Source: Octopus sinensis
Taxonomy: Eukaryota
NCBI RefSeq assembly: GCF_006345805.1
Contig: NC_043011.1
Coordinates: 43,164,464-43,228,463, forward strand
Length of the DNA stretch: 64,000 nucleotides
Reading direction: 5' to 3'
Numbering within the stretch: the stretch's first letter is position 1; each line of letters opens with the position of its first letter. A model generated the notes under the pieces. That model was given only the letters and a program-made list of their open reading frames with translations. It did no database searches and was not told the origin of the DNA. Of this stretch, positions 51,791 to 64,000 are shown piece after piece. The position numbers were made by a program, and so were the translations under genes.

Positions 51791-51921
51791 ACTGCATGCT
51801 TCTCGATCAGTTACTGATATGCATCATCCTTAGTGAAATAACCAATAGTTATAACAATCAATGGCTACAAGAAGGTATGGGAGTCATTTCAAACATGTTA
51901 TAACGGTGTTATGTGTGGAGA

Positions 51922-52146
51922 TACTCTTTACTCTTTACTATCTTTTACTTGTTTCAGTAATGTGACTGTGGCCATGCTGGAGCACCGACTTTAGTCGAGC
52001 AAATCGACCCCAGGACATATTCTTTGTAAGCCTAGTACTCATTCTATCGGTCTCTCTTTCCGAACCGCTAGTTTACGAGGACGTAAACACACCGGCATCG
52101 GTTGTCAAGCGATTTTGGGGGAACAAACAGAGACACACAAACACAT

Positions 52147-52228
<82 letters not shown>

Positions 52229-52391
52229 GACGGGCTTCTTTCAGTTTCCGTCTACCAATCCACTCACAAGGCTTTGGTCGGCCCGAGGCTATAGTAGAAG
52301 ACGCTTGCCCAAGGTGCCACGCAGTGGGACTGAACCTGGAACCATGTGGTTCGTAAGCAAGGTACATACCACACAGCCACTCCTACGCCTA
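51922..52391 (-). mobile_element. SINE family A, full length with long internal (TA)n
   Basis: Complete head and tail; about 75-bp TA tract at 52155-52228. Confidence 0.93.
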
Positions 52392-53079
52392 TTCATTGAT
52401 ATATAAACATTGGGTCGGATAAATGAGAAGCTTTACGCAATATGATCGCGTTAGTATTTTAGATAAAAGCAAATAAATATAACTAAAACATACGTAGTAG
52501 TTTATTGAAGCTTCATAAACTGTTACCTTGGGTTTCATCGATTATCATTAAATATTTAGAACAAAGCAATAGTTTATAAATAGTTATATGTATTTATTTG
52601 TATTTGCAATCATCCATCACTACCAATTCATCGAATCAAGCTGACAGGGCATGGCAATTGATTTTCATAAAAAAATTGAGAGAATGAGAAAAACCTTTCC
52701 AGAAATATAATGGTGTAAATAATAAAAATTAGAATATAAATAGAAACTATGATTAAAAAGTTTTGAATTAATGTGAGAAAATTTGTATCATTTATAATTT
52801 CCAATCTTAATTTTCATTTTAATTCCAATTTTTAGCGAATACAGTAATTTATTTCTGATAATGTCGTTCTCATTCTCTATATTATATATGCCCGTTTCAA
52901 CATGTATACACGGTTTCACTTTTTATATTTTTAAATGTTATCTCCATTTTGACTGGCGTCAATTTATATAATTTTCTGTTACGCTAAATCACTTTTCCTT
53001 CAACGGGTTCTCGGTATTTTGAAAGGCATTTGCCCTGACCAATCAGTTTCAAGCGTTTATTCGATTATTCTGCAATTCT

Positions 53080-53655
53080 GGTGGTGAGCTGTCAGAAGCG
53101 TTAGCACGCCAGGCATTTCGTATGCCGTTACGTTCTGAGTTCAAATTCCGCCGAGGTCGACTTTGCCTTTCATCCTTTCGGGGTCGATAAATTAAGTACC
53201 AATTACGCACTGGAGTCGATGTAATCGTCTTAATCCCTCTGGTTGTCCTTGTTTTTCCACTCTATGTTTAGCCTCTTGAGGGTAGTAAAGAAATAGGTAT
53301 TTTGTCTGCCGCTACGTTCTGAGTTCAAAATCCGCCGAGGTCTACTTTGCTTTTCATCCTTTTGGGGTCGATTAAATAAGTACGATTACGCACTGGGGTC
53401 GATGTAATCGACTTAATCCTTTTGTCTGTCCTTGCTTGTCCCCCCTGTGTGTCCCCTTGCTTGTCCCCTTGTAGGCAGTAAAGAAATAAGAAACGTTAGC
53501 ATGCCGGGCGACATGCTTAGCGGTATTTAGTCTGCCGCTACGTTCTGAGTTCAAATTCCGCCGAGGTCGACTTTGCTCTTCATCCTTTGGAGGTCGATTA
53601 ATTAAGTACCAGTTGCGTCCTGGGGTCTATCTAATCGACTGCCCCCTCCCCAAAG
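53080..53655 (+). mobile_element. SINE family B with three internal units
   Basis: Three GTTCTGAGTTCAAA(T/A)TCCGCCGAGG units; third preceded by a partial head. Confidence 0.92.
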
Positions 53656-53792
53656 TATGAAAGTATATCTATATAAGAGAATGTGTGCGTGTATGTCTAC
53701 AAAGCCTGTTACACCAGGTGATACTCTCTCAACATCTCTAGAGTTATTAATGACTACATGTACATATACACACATATTTAAATATACATATA

Positions 53793-54436
53793 TTCTTTCA
53801 TTCTTTTAGTTGCTTCAGTCATTTAACTGCAGCCATGTTAGAGCAGCACCTTAAAGGGTTTTAGTCGAAGAAATCGACCCCAGAACTTATTCTATGTGGT
53901 ACTTATTTTATCGTTTTCTTTTGCCGAGCCGCTATGTCACGGCGATATAAATATGCCATCATCGACTGTCAAGCGATAGTGGTGGGACAAACACACGCAC
54001 ACACACACACACATATATGTATATGTATATCATAAGAGCCCACAGGCGCCTGCCTACTAGAAAGAGAAGGTAATTCTATAGCTATCTAATATTATTTAAG
54101 TCTTGCAAACACCTACATTATTGTAGTTGTTATTAGCAGCTATTTATAGTTACCGCAGATAATAATAACAAAACTAATATCCATATAAATTTTCATTTCT
54201 GAATATTTACTCCTTATTACACACACACACACACCACACACACACACAGATACACACACATATATACATGTATGTATGTATACGACGGGCTTTTTTCAGT
54301 TTCCCACAACCAAATCCAGTCCCAGGGCTTTGGTTAGCCCGAAGCTATAGTAGAAGACACTTGCCCAAGGTGCCACGCAGTAGGACTGAACTCGGAACCA
54401 TTTGGCTGGAAAGAAAACTTCTTACCACACAGCCAT
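53793..54436 (-). mobile_element. SINE family A, tail (53793-54020) and head (54282-54436) separated by about 260 bp
   Basis: Both halves match family A in the same orientation. Confidence 0.75.
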
Positions 54437-55554
54437 AAAATATACTATAACATTACATAAGCATGTATAGCCGTCATATATATACTGCTGTTGTAAATTT
54501 ATTGAAACAAACACATTATGTTTTAATTCTATTTGTCGTACTCATCCATGTTAACTCTTCGCAGCGAAATTAAATTTCATGGTTGTTCTAGTAATGTTGA
54601 TAAGTATCTACCAACAAATAGACTTGACATTTTCTGCAAATCACTTTACCTCAATAAACTTGACACATCTCAACAAAAGGAGAAAAAATATAAGATTAAA
54701 ATAACTGATAGATTGGTATATAAAACTGCTTTCCGCTGCAAAGGGTGATGAAATTTTTAGTGAATACTTCTGCTTTCCACTGTAACAGGGTTAAGACAAA
54801 GTTTATCGCTATGGAATTTCGACTCAGAGCAAAAATTAACACTTCACCTGAGTACGGTTTTCAGTATAGCAAACAAAATGTTCAAAATACCATCTTTTTT
54901 CAATCCGTTTCACAGTAACGTGTAATATGTAATGCTGATGGGAATTTCTCATCGTTAATTAGGTGGCAATTTGCATCTGAGCGTAAGTCATTTAACGAGA
55001 ATAACGTCAAAGTCAGCTGTAGCTGCACAAAAGATTTCCATAGCACCTTGATGAGCAAATTACATAGTGTCAACTATAGACACGGATGCAATTCAGAACT
55101 GCCCACTTAGCGATCATTTCTTAACAAATGCAATTACTTATAGACATATATTCTTATGAAAGAGATGGCATTAGAATGGAGGGCAGACTAACTATGCGAA
55201 GTCAATATCAAGATTCATTTCCTTCAAAGTAAACCATGCTGCCAATTTAATTCCTCAACAGAATGCATTTTATTTTGCACAATGCACCACGAAATAAAGT
55301 GATTATGCGCCTACGTGTTCAAACACATGATTGTCCCTAGACTTACGTAAATGGGAAGAATAAATCGTATAGTTTTCAAAAGTCTTTCAGTAGTAAAACC
55401 ACCTAAGTAACGTCCGATTGGTGAATAAACATTAATTAATTAACGGAGCTATAAAATATTTACATATATGATAATGCATACGTATGTGTGTTTGTGAACG
55501 CGTAGTGATTATAGTTATGAATCTATGTTAGTCCTCTTTTTGTTAGTCATCAAA

Positions 55555-55635
55555 TTAATTACCAGGTGAGTACTGGGGTCCATGTAATCGACTGGCCCCC
55601 CTTCCCCAAAATTTGTGCCTAGAGTAGAATAGAGT
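55555..55635 (+). mobile_element. SINE family B, 3' tip
   Basis: GTACTGGGGTCCATGTAATCGACTGGCCCCCC...GTGCCTAGAGTAGAA. Confidence 0.75.
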
Positions 55636-56344
55636 CTATATCAGTGGCTTAATGTTCCTACCTCCACACATGTTCATATATGCATACATACATACACAAA
55701 GACACATGCACGCACTCACGCGTGCGCACACACATTGATAATAAGGAGAATGAAGAATTTGCACATTTAAAAATATGTTAATGGTTTATTCATAACAATC
55801 GTCCGACAATAAACCGACTGTATATAAGCATAAAGTTTGAATGTTCAAATTCTCCATTCTCCGTTTTATCAATAATGTACTTTACACTCTAAGTAGCCAA
55901 GAAAAAAAAACTAACATTGGATGGGAGTTAAAGAAAATATACCATAAAACACACCATGTGAAGGAACCAGCCTTTGCATTTTATATAGAGAATTTCGGTA
56001 CCTGCCAGGATATTATATTTCTCCTCTTACTCTATATATAGATAGCGAGAGAGAGAGAGAGAGAGAGAGGGTTGTCTGTATGTATAGTTATATGTTCTCA
56101 CATGGGAATGAGAAAACAGAGGCTGATTAAAGTGTAAAAGCATTTTAGTAAGTTCATGTAGTTTCATGAAGTTCTGAACAAACTTGCATTAAACTTTTAC
56201 TACAAGAAATAAACTATGAGGCCATCACTGCTTATGTCATCCATCTAATTCCCATGTTCACATATAAGTGAAAGCTACGCAAACGAACCAGAATGGAAAG
56301 TGCCAAATCAGGAAACTATTAAGATTGGGTAAGACTGTATAGCT

Positions 56345-56346
<2 letters not shown>

Positions 56347-56420
<74 letters not shown>
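56347..56420. repeat. (TAA)n microsatellite
   Basis: Direct reading. Confidence 0.95.
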
Positions 56421-57156
56421 GGATGCCTGTGGATGACTAAAAGTGATTTAAAACCGGAAACCGAGGTTCTAATCTGTGCTGCCCAAGAGCAAGCATTAAG
56501 AACCAATTTCATCAAATATAGAATAGACAACACATCAGAAAGTGATAAGTGGAGAATTTGTGGACAGAATGGTGAAACTGTTTGGCATATTACCAGTCAA
56601 TGTACGCCACTAGCCCAGAATGAATATAAGAGATGCCATGACAATATAGCAAGGATTGTCCATTGGACACTTTGCAACAAGTATGGACTTGACAGAACAA
56701 AAAAGTTGTACGAATATAAACTCGAAGTGCGGCCATGAGATGGAGAATAAGAAACTAGATATAGTGTTAATTGAGAAAGAAAGTAAACTATGTTGGACCA
56801 TAGATATAGCATGGCCAGCTGACAAGGTATGCGATAAGGACGAAAGAAAAGTCGATAGATATGACATGTTAACTTGGGAGGTTAAGCAGTTGTGATCGAT
56901 GAAAAAGGTGGTAGTAGTATCAATAATTGTCGGAGTCCTGCGAACAGTGAGTAAAAATCTTGAGAAGTACATGGAACAAATAGGGACTGCAATAAGTTTG
57001 GAGCACTTTCAGAAAACAGCACTGCTTGGAACTGGTCGAATACTCCGGATGGTGCTCGAAAAATAAGGGGTGTTACTTTAGTTCACTAGTAGAGAACAGC
57101 TGGCACCGTTGTACATGTCCAACTTTAGAAGCTGTGCAAAGACAATAAATAATAAT
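56421..57156 (+). mobile_element. 5'-truncated R4/Dong-like non-LTR retrotransposon (CCHC knuckle, RLE endonuclease, 3' UTR)
   Basis: WMTKSDLKPETE..ICAAQEQALRTN...W(C)RICGQNGETVWHITSQC...HDNIARIVHWTLC...KLDIV..IDIAWP..KVDRY..IIVGVL..KTALLGTGRILRMVLEK*; frameshifts and an in-frame stop. Confidence 0.88.
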
Positions 57157-57271
57157 GATGATCATCATGATGAGGATGATGGGGGGGGATGATGATGATG
57201 ATGATGATGACAGCAACAACACAAATAACAATATCATTAACAACAACAGCAACAAAAACAACAATAATAAT

Positions 57272-57340
<69 letters not shown>

Positions 57341-57372
57341 AATGATAATGATAATGATAATAAATGCTAATA
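57157..57372. repeat. Compound (GAT)n/(AAC)n/(AAT)n microsatellite
   Basis: Direct reading. Confidence 0.9.
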
Positions 57373-58645
57373 ATGATAACAAAATAAGCGGAATCTACAA
57401 TAGTGGTAGTCTGAGCGAACGAGAGCCAAGCTAACCTGCTGAAAACGAGCATCGATTTATCGTATAATACGCTGTACATAAATGGACACTCGGTTATGCA
57501 AAACCAGCTTATAAAAAAGATAACGTCTGCTGATAATGTAATAGTTATGTAATCAAAATTGTTAGATTTATCTACTTGCGATAAGTCCTTTCGCATCGTT
57601 AACACTCTGTCTGCGACTCAAGCCAGTTTCTTTCCTTTTATTTTTGGTTTTTATGAAGCAGGATATATTGAGTAGTGTTTTTCTCTTTTAAATGTATATT
57701 TTTTATGTTAACTGTTTATTAATAAAGTGGAATGAAATTGTTGGCTGGTTATGTTATGTCTAACATGACAAGAATATCAATAAGCATTTGAATTTATGAT
57801 GTTCTCTCCTCGCCCTTCTCATTCTTTCGATATATAAATATATACGAATATATATATGGATCTATGTGTGAGTGTGTGTGTAGTGGGGTGTATATATGAG
57901 TATAGAAAGAGAGAGAGAGAGAAAGAGAAAAAGAGAGAGTGAAGCAAAGAGAAAGTGTTTTATTTATGGAAGCTTTTGTTTTAATTATAGTTCCTTAATC
58001 TATAATATGCATACATAGAAATGTATGTTTCGAGCCATCAAACTATATATATGTACGTACGTATGTGCGAATGTACGTATGCATGTATATATGTATGATG
58101 TATGTATGTATGTATGTATGTACTTTTGCATGTATGTATATAGATAGATAGATAGACAGACAGACGGATGAACGGACGGACGGACAGACAGACAGACAGA
58201 TACATACATACATACATACATACATACATAGGTAGGTATGTATATATGTGTGTGTATGTGTTGATGTATGTATATACATATACATCATACGTGCATGCGC
58301 TTCCAACATAAATATGCATATACATAGACTTAGACTTGCATGCAAGCTCTCACATACATATGCATGAATTTATGTTCTTGTGAATATATCTGTTGTTTAA
58401 ACGACGCCAAACACAGTTTGCATTCGTACTGAGTATGGTGGCTATTTTTAATGGTACAGGAAACATCAATATAATCAAATAGCTAGAACATAACGGGAAC
58501 ACACTTTATTAGATGCTTCCCTACTCTTTTCGAAGATAAGCTTTCATAAAAATGATGTTAGTAATATGGGATCAGCTGGCTTCTGTCAATACGGGCTGTG
58601 TGGCGTTAATAGATTTACTTTAGCAGGAGCCAAGATACTTAGTAT

Positions 58646-58950
58646 ACTCTCTTTTACTCTTTTACTCGTTTCAGTCATTTGACTGTGGCCATGCTGGAGC
58701 ACCACCTTTAGTCGAGCAAATCGACCTCAGGACTTATTCTTTGTAAGCCTATTACTTATTCTATCGGTCTCTTTTTGCCAAACCTAGGTTACGGGGACGT
58801 AAACACACCAGCATCGGTTGTCAAGCGATGGGGGGCAAAGAACACAGACACACGAACATATACACAAACATATATACATATATACGACGGGCTTCTTTCA
58901 GTTTCCGTCTACCAAATCCACTCACAAGTCTTTGGTCGCCCCGAGGCTAT
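58646..58950 (-). mobile_element. SINE family A, lacking most of the head
   Basis: Tail and body match; stops at CCGAGGCTAT. Confidence 0.88.
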
Positions 58951-58974
58951 TTATTAGAGTAATAGGTAGAGGTG

Positions 58975-59215
58975 TGAGGGAGTGTGGCATAGTGGTTAAG
59001 TTGATGCACTCATGATAGCATGATCGCAGTTTCGATCCTCGGACTGGGCGTTCTGTTCAGTTCTTCAGCAAAATACTGCATTTCACATTGATTCACAGCA
59101 CTCAGCTATAAATAAGCAACTCTGCGACAGATTAGGGGTATGCTGTCATCTCGGTCACTTATTGGCCAGTAAAAGCTGGTAAGCGACATTATGAATCACG
59201 GGGCATTACTTAATA
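58975..59215 (+). mobile_element. Old tRNA-derived SINE related to the family C alternative-head subtype
   Basis: GTGGCATAGTGGTTAAG (A box), GTTTCGATCC (B box), TTCTTCAGCAAAATACTGCATTTCACATTG..CACTCAGCT body. Confidence 0.7.
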
Positions 59216-59980
59216 ATAAATATGCGCATTGCTCTCTGATTAAGAAGGGCGTGACGTTAACACGTGATATTAGGTTCAGTGCGACTGTGCGGAAACTCGG
59301 GCAAGTAGCATCATCCAGAGGAAAATTTTCCTGGATGCTGTCCCTAATGAATAACATTTAGTTAAATAATCCGACGATTGTTGATTTCTACAATTTCCAT
59401 ACGCAATGAAAAGCAAAGTCATAAGTGCTAATAGCGATTCTTGTCAACAAGACAAGGGACAGAAATCTGAATTTAATTTCTTTCTAAAGTAAATGGTTGC
59501 CATTGATAAGGAATGAGTTTGGCGTTCGGTAAAAACAGTGATAAATTCGGAGAGATTTTGATCTTATAAGTATTCCTCTAATACATACTAATCAGATCTT
59601 AGAACGACTGTCTGGTTGTACCGCAGTGGATGGACACCATATACGCATACAAATGCACATACATACATCAAACACGCATTGATGTAGATGTTCAATGTGT
59701 GTGTATGTATTTCTCCACATGTCTTCATCAGTTTTTGTATTTGGTGGCTTTTGCCTTCAGAATGTCTGTATACAGATATGTCTATGCATGTATATATTTT
59801 TATATACACTCATACACTGTATATAAGTTTATATGTATGTATAGGAACAATAAGTATAAACTCAAGTGTATATGAAAAAAATACCTACGCGCTTTTTAGC
59901 ATTATGTAGATAGATAGACAGATAAATTTATAAATGTGTATCTGTATATGTGCGTATGCATATATATGTGTGTGTATGTG

Positions 59981-60011
<31 letters not shown>

Positions 60012-60053
60012 ACACATACATATATATGTGTGTATGTATATGTATATCTATCT

Positions 60054-60102
<49 letters not shown>

Positions 60103-60239
60103 CATACATGTATATGTGTATGTATATCTATCTATCTATATATCTATGTATCTAAAGATATATATACACACATAGAAATATATATATATATATATACGCA
60201 CACATACGTACAATAAGTAGTTTTGTTTTAGGTCATAAT

Positions 60240-60453
60240 TTATCTTTTAGTGGGCATGCTAGGATTCAGCCTTCAGAGGTTTAGTCGAATAAATCGACAT
60301 CAGTACCTATTTTTTAAAAGTCTAGTATTTATTCTATCAGTGTCCTTTGACAAACAGCTAAGCTAAAGGATGTACACAAAACAACACCGGTTGTCAAGTG
60401 ATGTGATAGGATTAACAGAGCAAAACATATGCACATTATATAATATATATGTG

Positions 60454-60527
<74 letters not shown>

Positions 60528-60732
60528 CATGTAGGTAGGTAGGTAGGTAGGTAGGTATGTATGTACACGCTGAGCTTCCGCACAGTTTTCGATCACCAAA
60601 TTCACTTACAATGTTTTGCTTAGTCCTAAGCTCTAATAGAAGACGCGTTTCCACGGTGCCATGCAATGGAACTGAATCCGAAACCATGTGATTCCAATGC
60701 AAGCTTTTTAAATAGAGTCATGTCTGCGCCTA
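60240..60732 (-). mobile_element. SINE family A, old full-length copy with expanded TA/TATG/TAGG tract
   Basis: TTTAGTCGAATAAATCGAC...CGGTTGTCAAG...GGAACTGAATCCGAAACCATGTG...GCGCCTA. Confidence 0.8.
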
Positions 60733-60734
60733 AA

Positions 60735-61640
60735 TATTGTGGCTCGAATTTTTCAGTCTTGTGAGAATTATTCTATTGTTAATTTGCATAATAAATTTTT
60801 ATGTGAAGTTTGCGGAATTTCATTTGCTGTAATGTCTAATAAAATCATTACGTTGGATTTGTGCCTGTATTATCCTATAGTATGGTTTTTTTAAACTTTG
60901 TTAGAAGACCCGTTGTTGGTTAATGCCTGTTTTATTCTGTGAATCCCCTTATCTAGTATTTCGTTTGTAGTGTGGCAAATATATTCTCTTCTATTTAGGG
61001 ATGTAGCCACTTACATTTTGTATATCAGTGTACCCTCGCTGTCTCCATGTAAGTATATGCATTTTTTTGTGCATTTGATATGACAGACGAGACGTATCTA
61101 TGCAAATAAATTCTCCACTACAAATAAAATCCTACCAATGCAGTTACACAACTTATAAACATAAATTCTGATTTATTTGTTCAGACCAGTTAGGCAATCT
61201 CTTGCTACTATTTCTCATGAGAAATCAATATTTTCCTCCTTGTTTGTTTAAATTTAGTTATTACTCGAATGAAGCAGAGAGTTGGATTCATACTATTAAT
61301 TCATAGGCGGACCTGTGCTTTATAGAATGAAGTTACATCCCTTTGTTCTCTATTTTCAAAATAACCACCATCGTCTGTTCATCGTTCAATGAAATATATA
61401 ACAGTCAAATATTGGGGCCGATATCATAGACAAATTCTCTCCAATGCCTTGTTTTATACTTCTATCGGATATAGTTATTTGAAAAGTTACGGGTTTGTGT
61501 AGGCAATGATTTCTTTATTAATAGCGGCTTTTATCGGTGTATCAATAACGGTGGTTTCATGATTCTTCTGTATTTCTATGACTGGTGTTAAGAAATATTG
61601 TAGTGTGCTTTACCAATGTATGTCTCTCTAATCTAATTCA
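60735..61640 (-). mobile_element. Decayed Penelope-like element RT and thumb region
   Basis: Collinear motifs on minus: KQGIG..SAPIFD (cf. GxxMGSPLxP), ER*TDD (cf. RYVDD), NSMNPTLCF (cf. NSIHPNIKF), YLHGDSE..YK..SLNRR..IC..RIKQALTNNG. Confidence 0.7.
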
Positions 61641-63380
61641 GTTTTCTATATGCACGGAAACTAGCTATGTATGAATGTCTGCCCATCTATTATCTACGTC
61701 TGTCCATCTATGCAAATATGCATGCATATATATGTGTGTATTTGTGTTTGTGCATGTATGGGCAGATGTTTGTGACTGTCTATCCGTCTATATACAGACA
61801 CATTATACACACATATATAATTCATGTATACTTAAATAAACACTCAATAAAACCACTACATCTTCCCAGGTGAAAATTCCATTTTTGAATAGAAGACAGC
61901 TTCACTGACATATCTTTTTAATAAGTGTGGCATTTTAGTGTATGATCCAACATAATATCTGTTCAGTGTCCAATAACAGTTTACTTGTCGCTCCATGTGC
62001 GTTGTTGTTGAATATGAAAACTTTGTTTTCTTTCGCATATTCCAACCATTCAAAAAAGGGTTGCAAAGTACACAGAAATGTTGATCCAATGGTTTGGTAA
62101 TCTGATGGTGCATTTATGTCTTTTCCAAGTGTTTCTGGCTGTTAGTTTTGTCTCTGAGAGGCTGATCTGACCTTCAATTGGTTTTACTTTTTATCATGAT
62201 GGGAGCCCACAGGTTCTCCGTGCTCTGTTAAGTTTAAGCTGAGTTTTAGTTGGCGGCTAGCATAAAACAGACTATATTGGATTACATAATGTTTACTTGA
62301 CATACACAACATCGCGAACTACAACCTAAAACGCAACATTAACAACAGTAATAACAAAAATAGCAACGCAATTGTCGATCTTTGCAGGAAAGGCATCAAA
62401 TGTTTTAGTGTATTTGGCTCCTTTTCGATTTCTCGGTAAAAGCCATTTAAATTCACACTAGCCACGAATGTCTTGAAAAATATGCCATGTCATAATTTCC
62501 ATTTCTGATCCAGTATACGTTTGTAAACTTGTGCATCGAATAACACAAATCGGTGTTTCTTGTGACTAATGATGCCTGAAGGCAATGAAGGTTGTAGGCC
62601 GTCGTATTAAATGCTTTACAATATTTTTGTTTCATTATCCTGAGTTCAAGCCGCATCATGGTTAATTTTCCACACAGACCACTGTTGATAAATTACGCAA
62701 AAGGAATATATTGTTATCGATCTGAACAGCAGAACTTGTTCTTACAAACACAATCAATATACCGTTGAGTAATCGATATTACTAAAAAGATTAATTTGTT
62801 TTGTTTGCTACGCTAGATGTCATGTCTGATTTTTTTTTTATTCACGTTTCCCTGTGTTATACGATACGGATATTGTTACTATATTATTTGATCTTCCTAC
62901 CGAGTGACTGATATTGTTATAGCTTTTACTGTTATTAATAACGATAACGTGGCTCATCTTGTTATTGGTATCATCATTACAAAATTTATTTCCTGCTGTC
63001 TGCGTGAGGGCCTTTTTAAAAACTTCAGACTTCATTGTATCAAATTTAATTGAGCAACCTGCAAACTATATAAATTAATTAATTAATAAAAACCTACTTC
63101 ATAATCATTATTCTCCCACTCACTATATTGACATACTGTCCAGTACCATAAATTATTGCTTATAGAAATGAGGAGACGTAGATATATTTTGTTTTTAAAA
63201 GACGCGTCGGCTACTCCATTGACGAAACAGATGTTTTGTTATACATGACACCACGGATAATATTTATGTTTAAAATGTCAAGTGATCTTTTTCCTTCGAC
63301 TTAACAGAGGAGACGATACTTATACCACCATTGTTCACAAAGTATTCAAACAATACAACTCTCTCTTCCTCTGTACCCTG

Positions 63381-63382
<2 letters not shown>

Positions 63383-63438
<56 letters not shown>
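63383..63438. repeat. (CT)n microsatellite
   Basis: Direct reading. Confidence 0.95.
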
Positions 63439-63441
<3 letters not shown>

Positions 63442-64000
63442 CCTTGACAGAGCTGTTAACATAAAGGAGGAGTATGTTATGTGTTTGGTGATCTGCCATA
63501 TGAGGAGCATCACTTATAGTCATATAGCTGATTATCTAGATCCGACGCATTGTTGTCTCTCACCATCAAACATAGCCGTTACCCTTGACGAGACCTAAAA
63601 TAAAATTCTTGAAAGTAACAAAACACTCGTCAATTACGCAATAAATCTGCTCACTGTCTATGCTAAGTAATTACAGCTAAGTAGGTCTGGGTCGTTTATA
63701 ATACACTACCTTTGCCATGATCGCATCGTTACACAGATCACAATAATGGAGCTATCTGTCTTTCATCCGGCAGGCCAATATCCTCCGGATTAAGCTATCT
63801 TTGACTGATATTTACATATAAACACTTGAATTTCGCGTCTATTAAGCAAATTTCTCATCTGAGTCAAACTGCTGTTATACACAGAAGCTAATGCATTTAT
63901 GAATTGTGTATACTGCAAAGCTTTTCAGTGTATCTTCTCGGCTTATCAGCTAGAGATGTCACATACTTCTCATTTGTCTAACAAAAGCAAAAGAAAAGAA

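Overview
AT-rich, gene-poor eukaryotic DNA saturated with microsatellites and retroposons. The SINE families match my recollection of octopod (Octopus) genomes; I could not run a database check. No protein-coding exon can be called with confidence, and nearly all supplied ORFs are translations of microsatellites. The window holds about 40 copies or fragments of three tRNA-derived SINE families (my labels A, B, C). It also holds decayed non-LTR elements (two R4/Dong-like RLE fragments, an RTE-like 3' end, Penelope-like RT remnants), a non-autonomous Helitron, a decayed hAT transposase, a hAT MITE, several foldback elements and one 100-N gap. Three signals stand out. (1) Several minimal type I hammerhead ribozyme motifs of Penelope type, two with intact catalytic cores (41659-41712 +, 26021-26078 -) and one inverted pair. 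(2) A candidate recursive-splicing ratchet point with a 35-nt RS-exon at 16813-16883 (+), suggesting the window lies in a very long intron. (3) Closely spaced inverted SINE pairs that would form long dsRNA.
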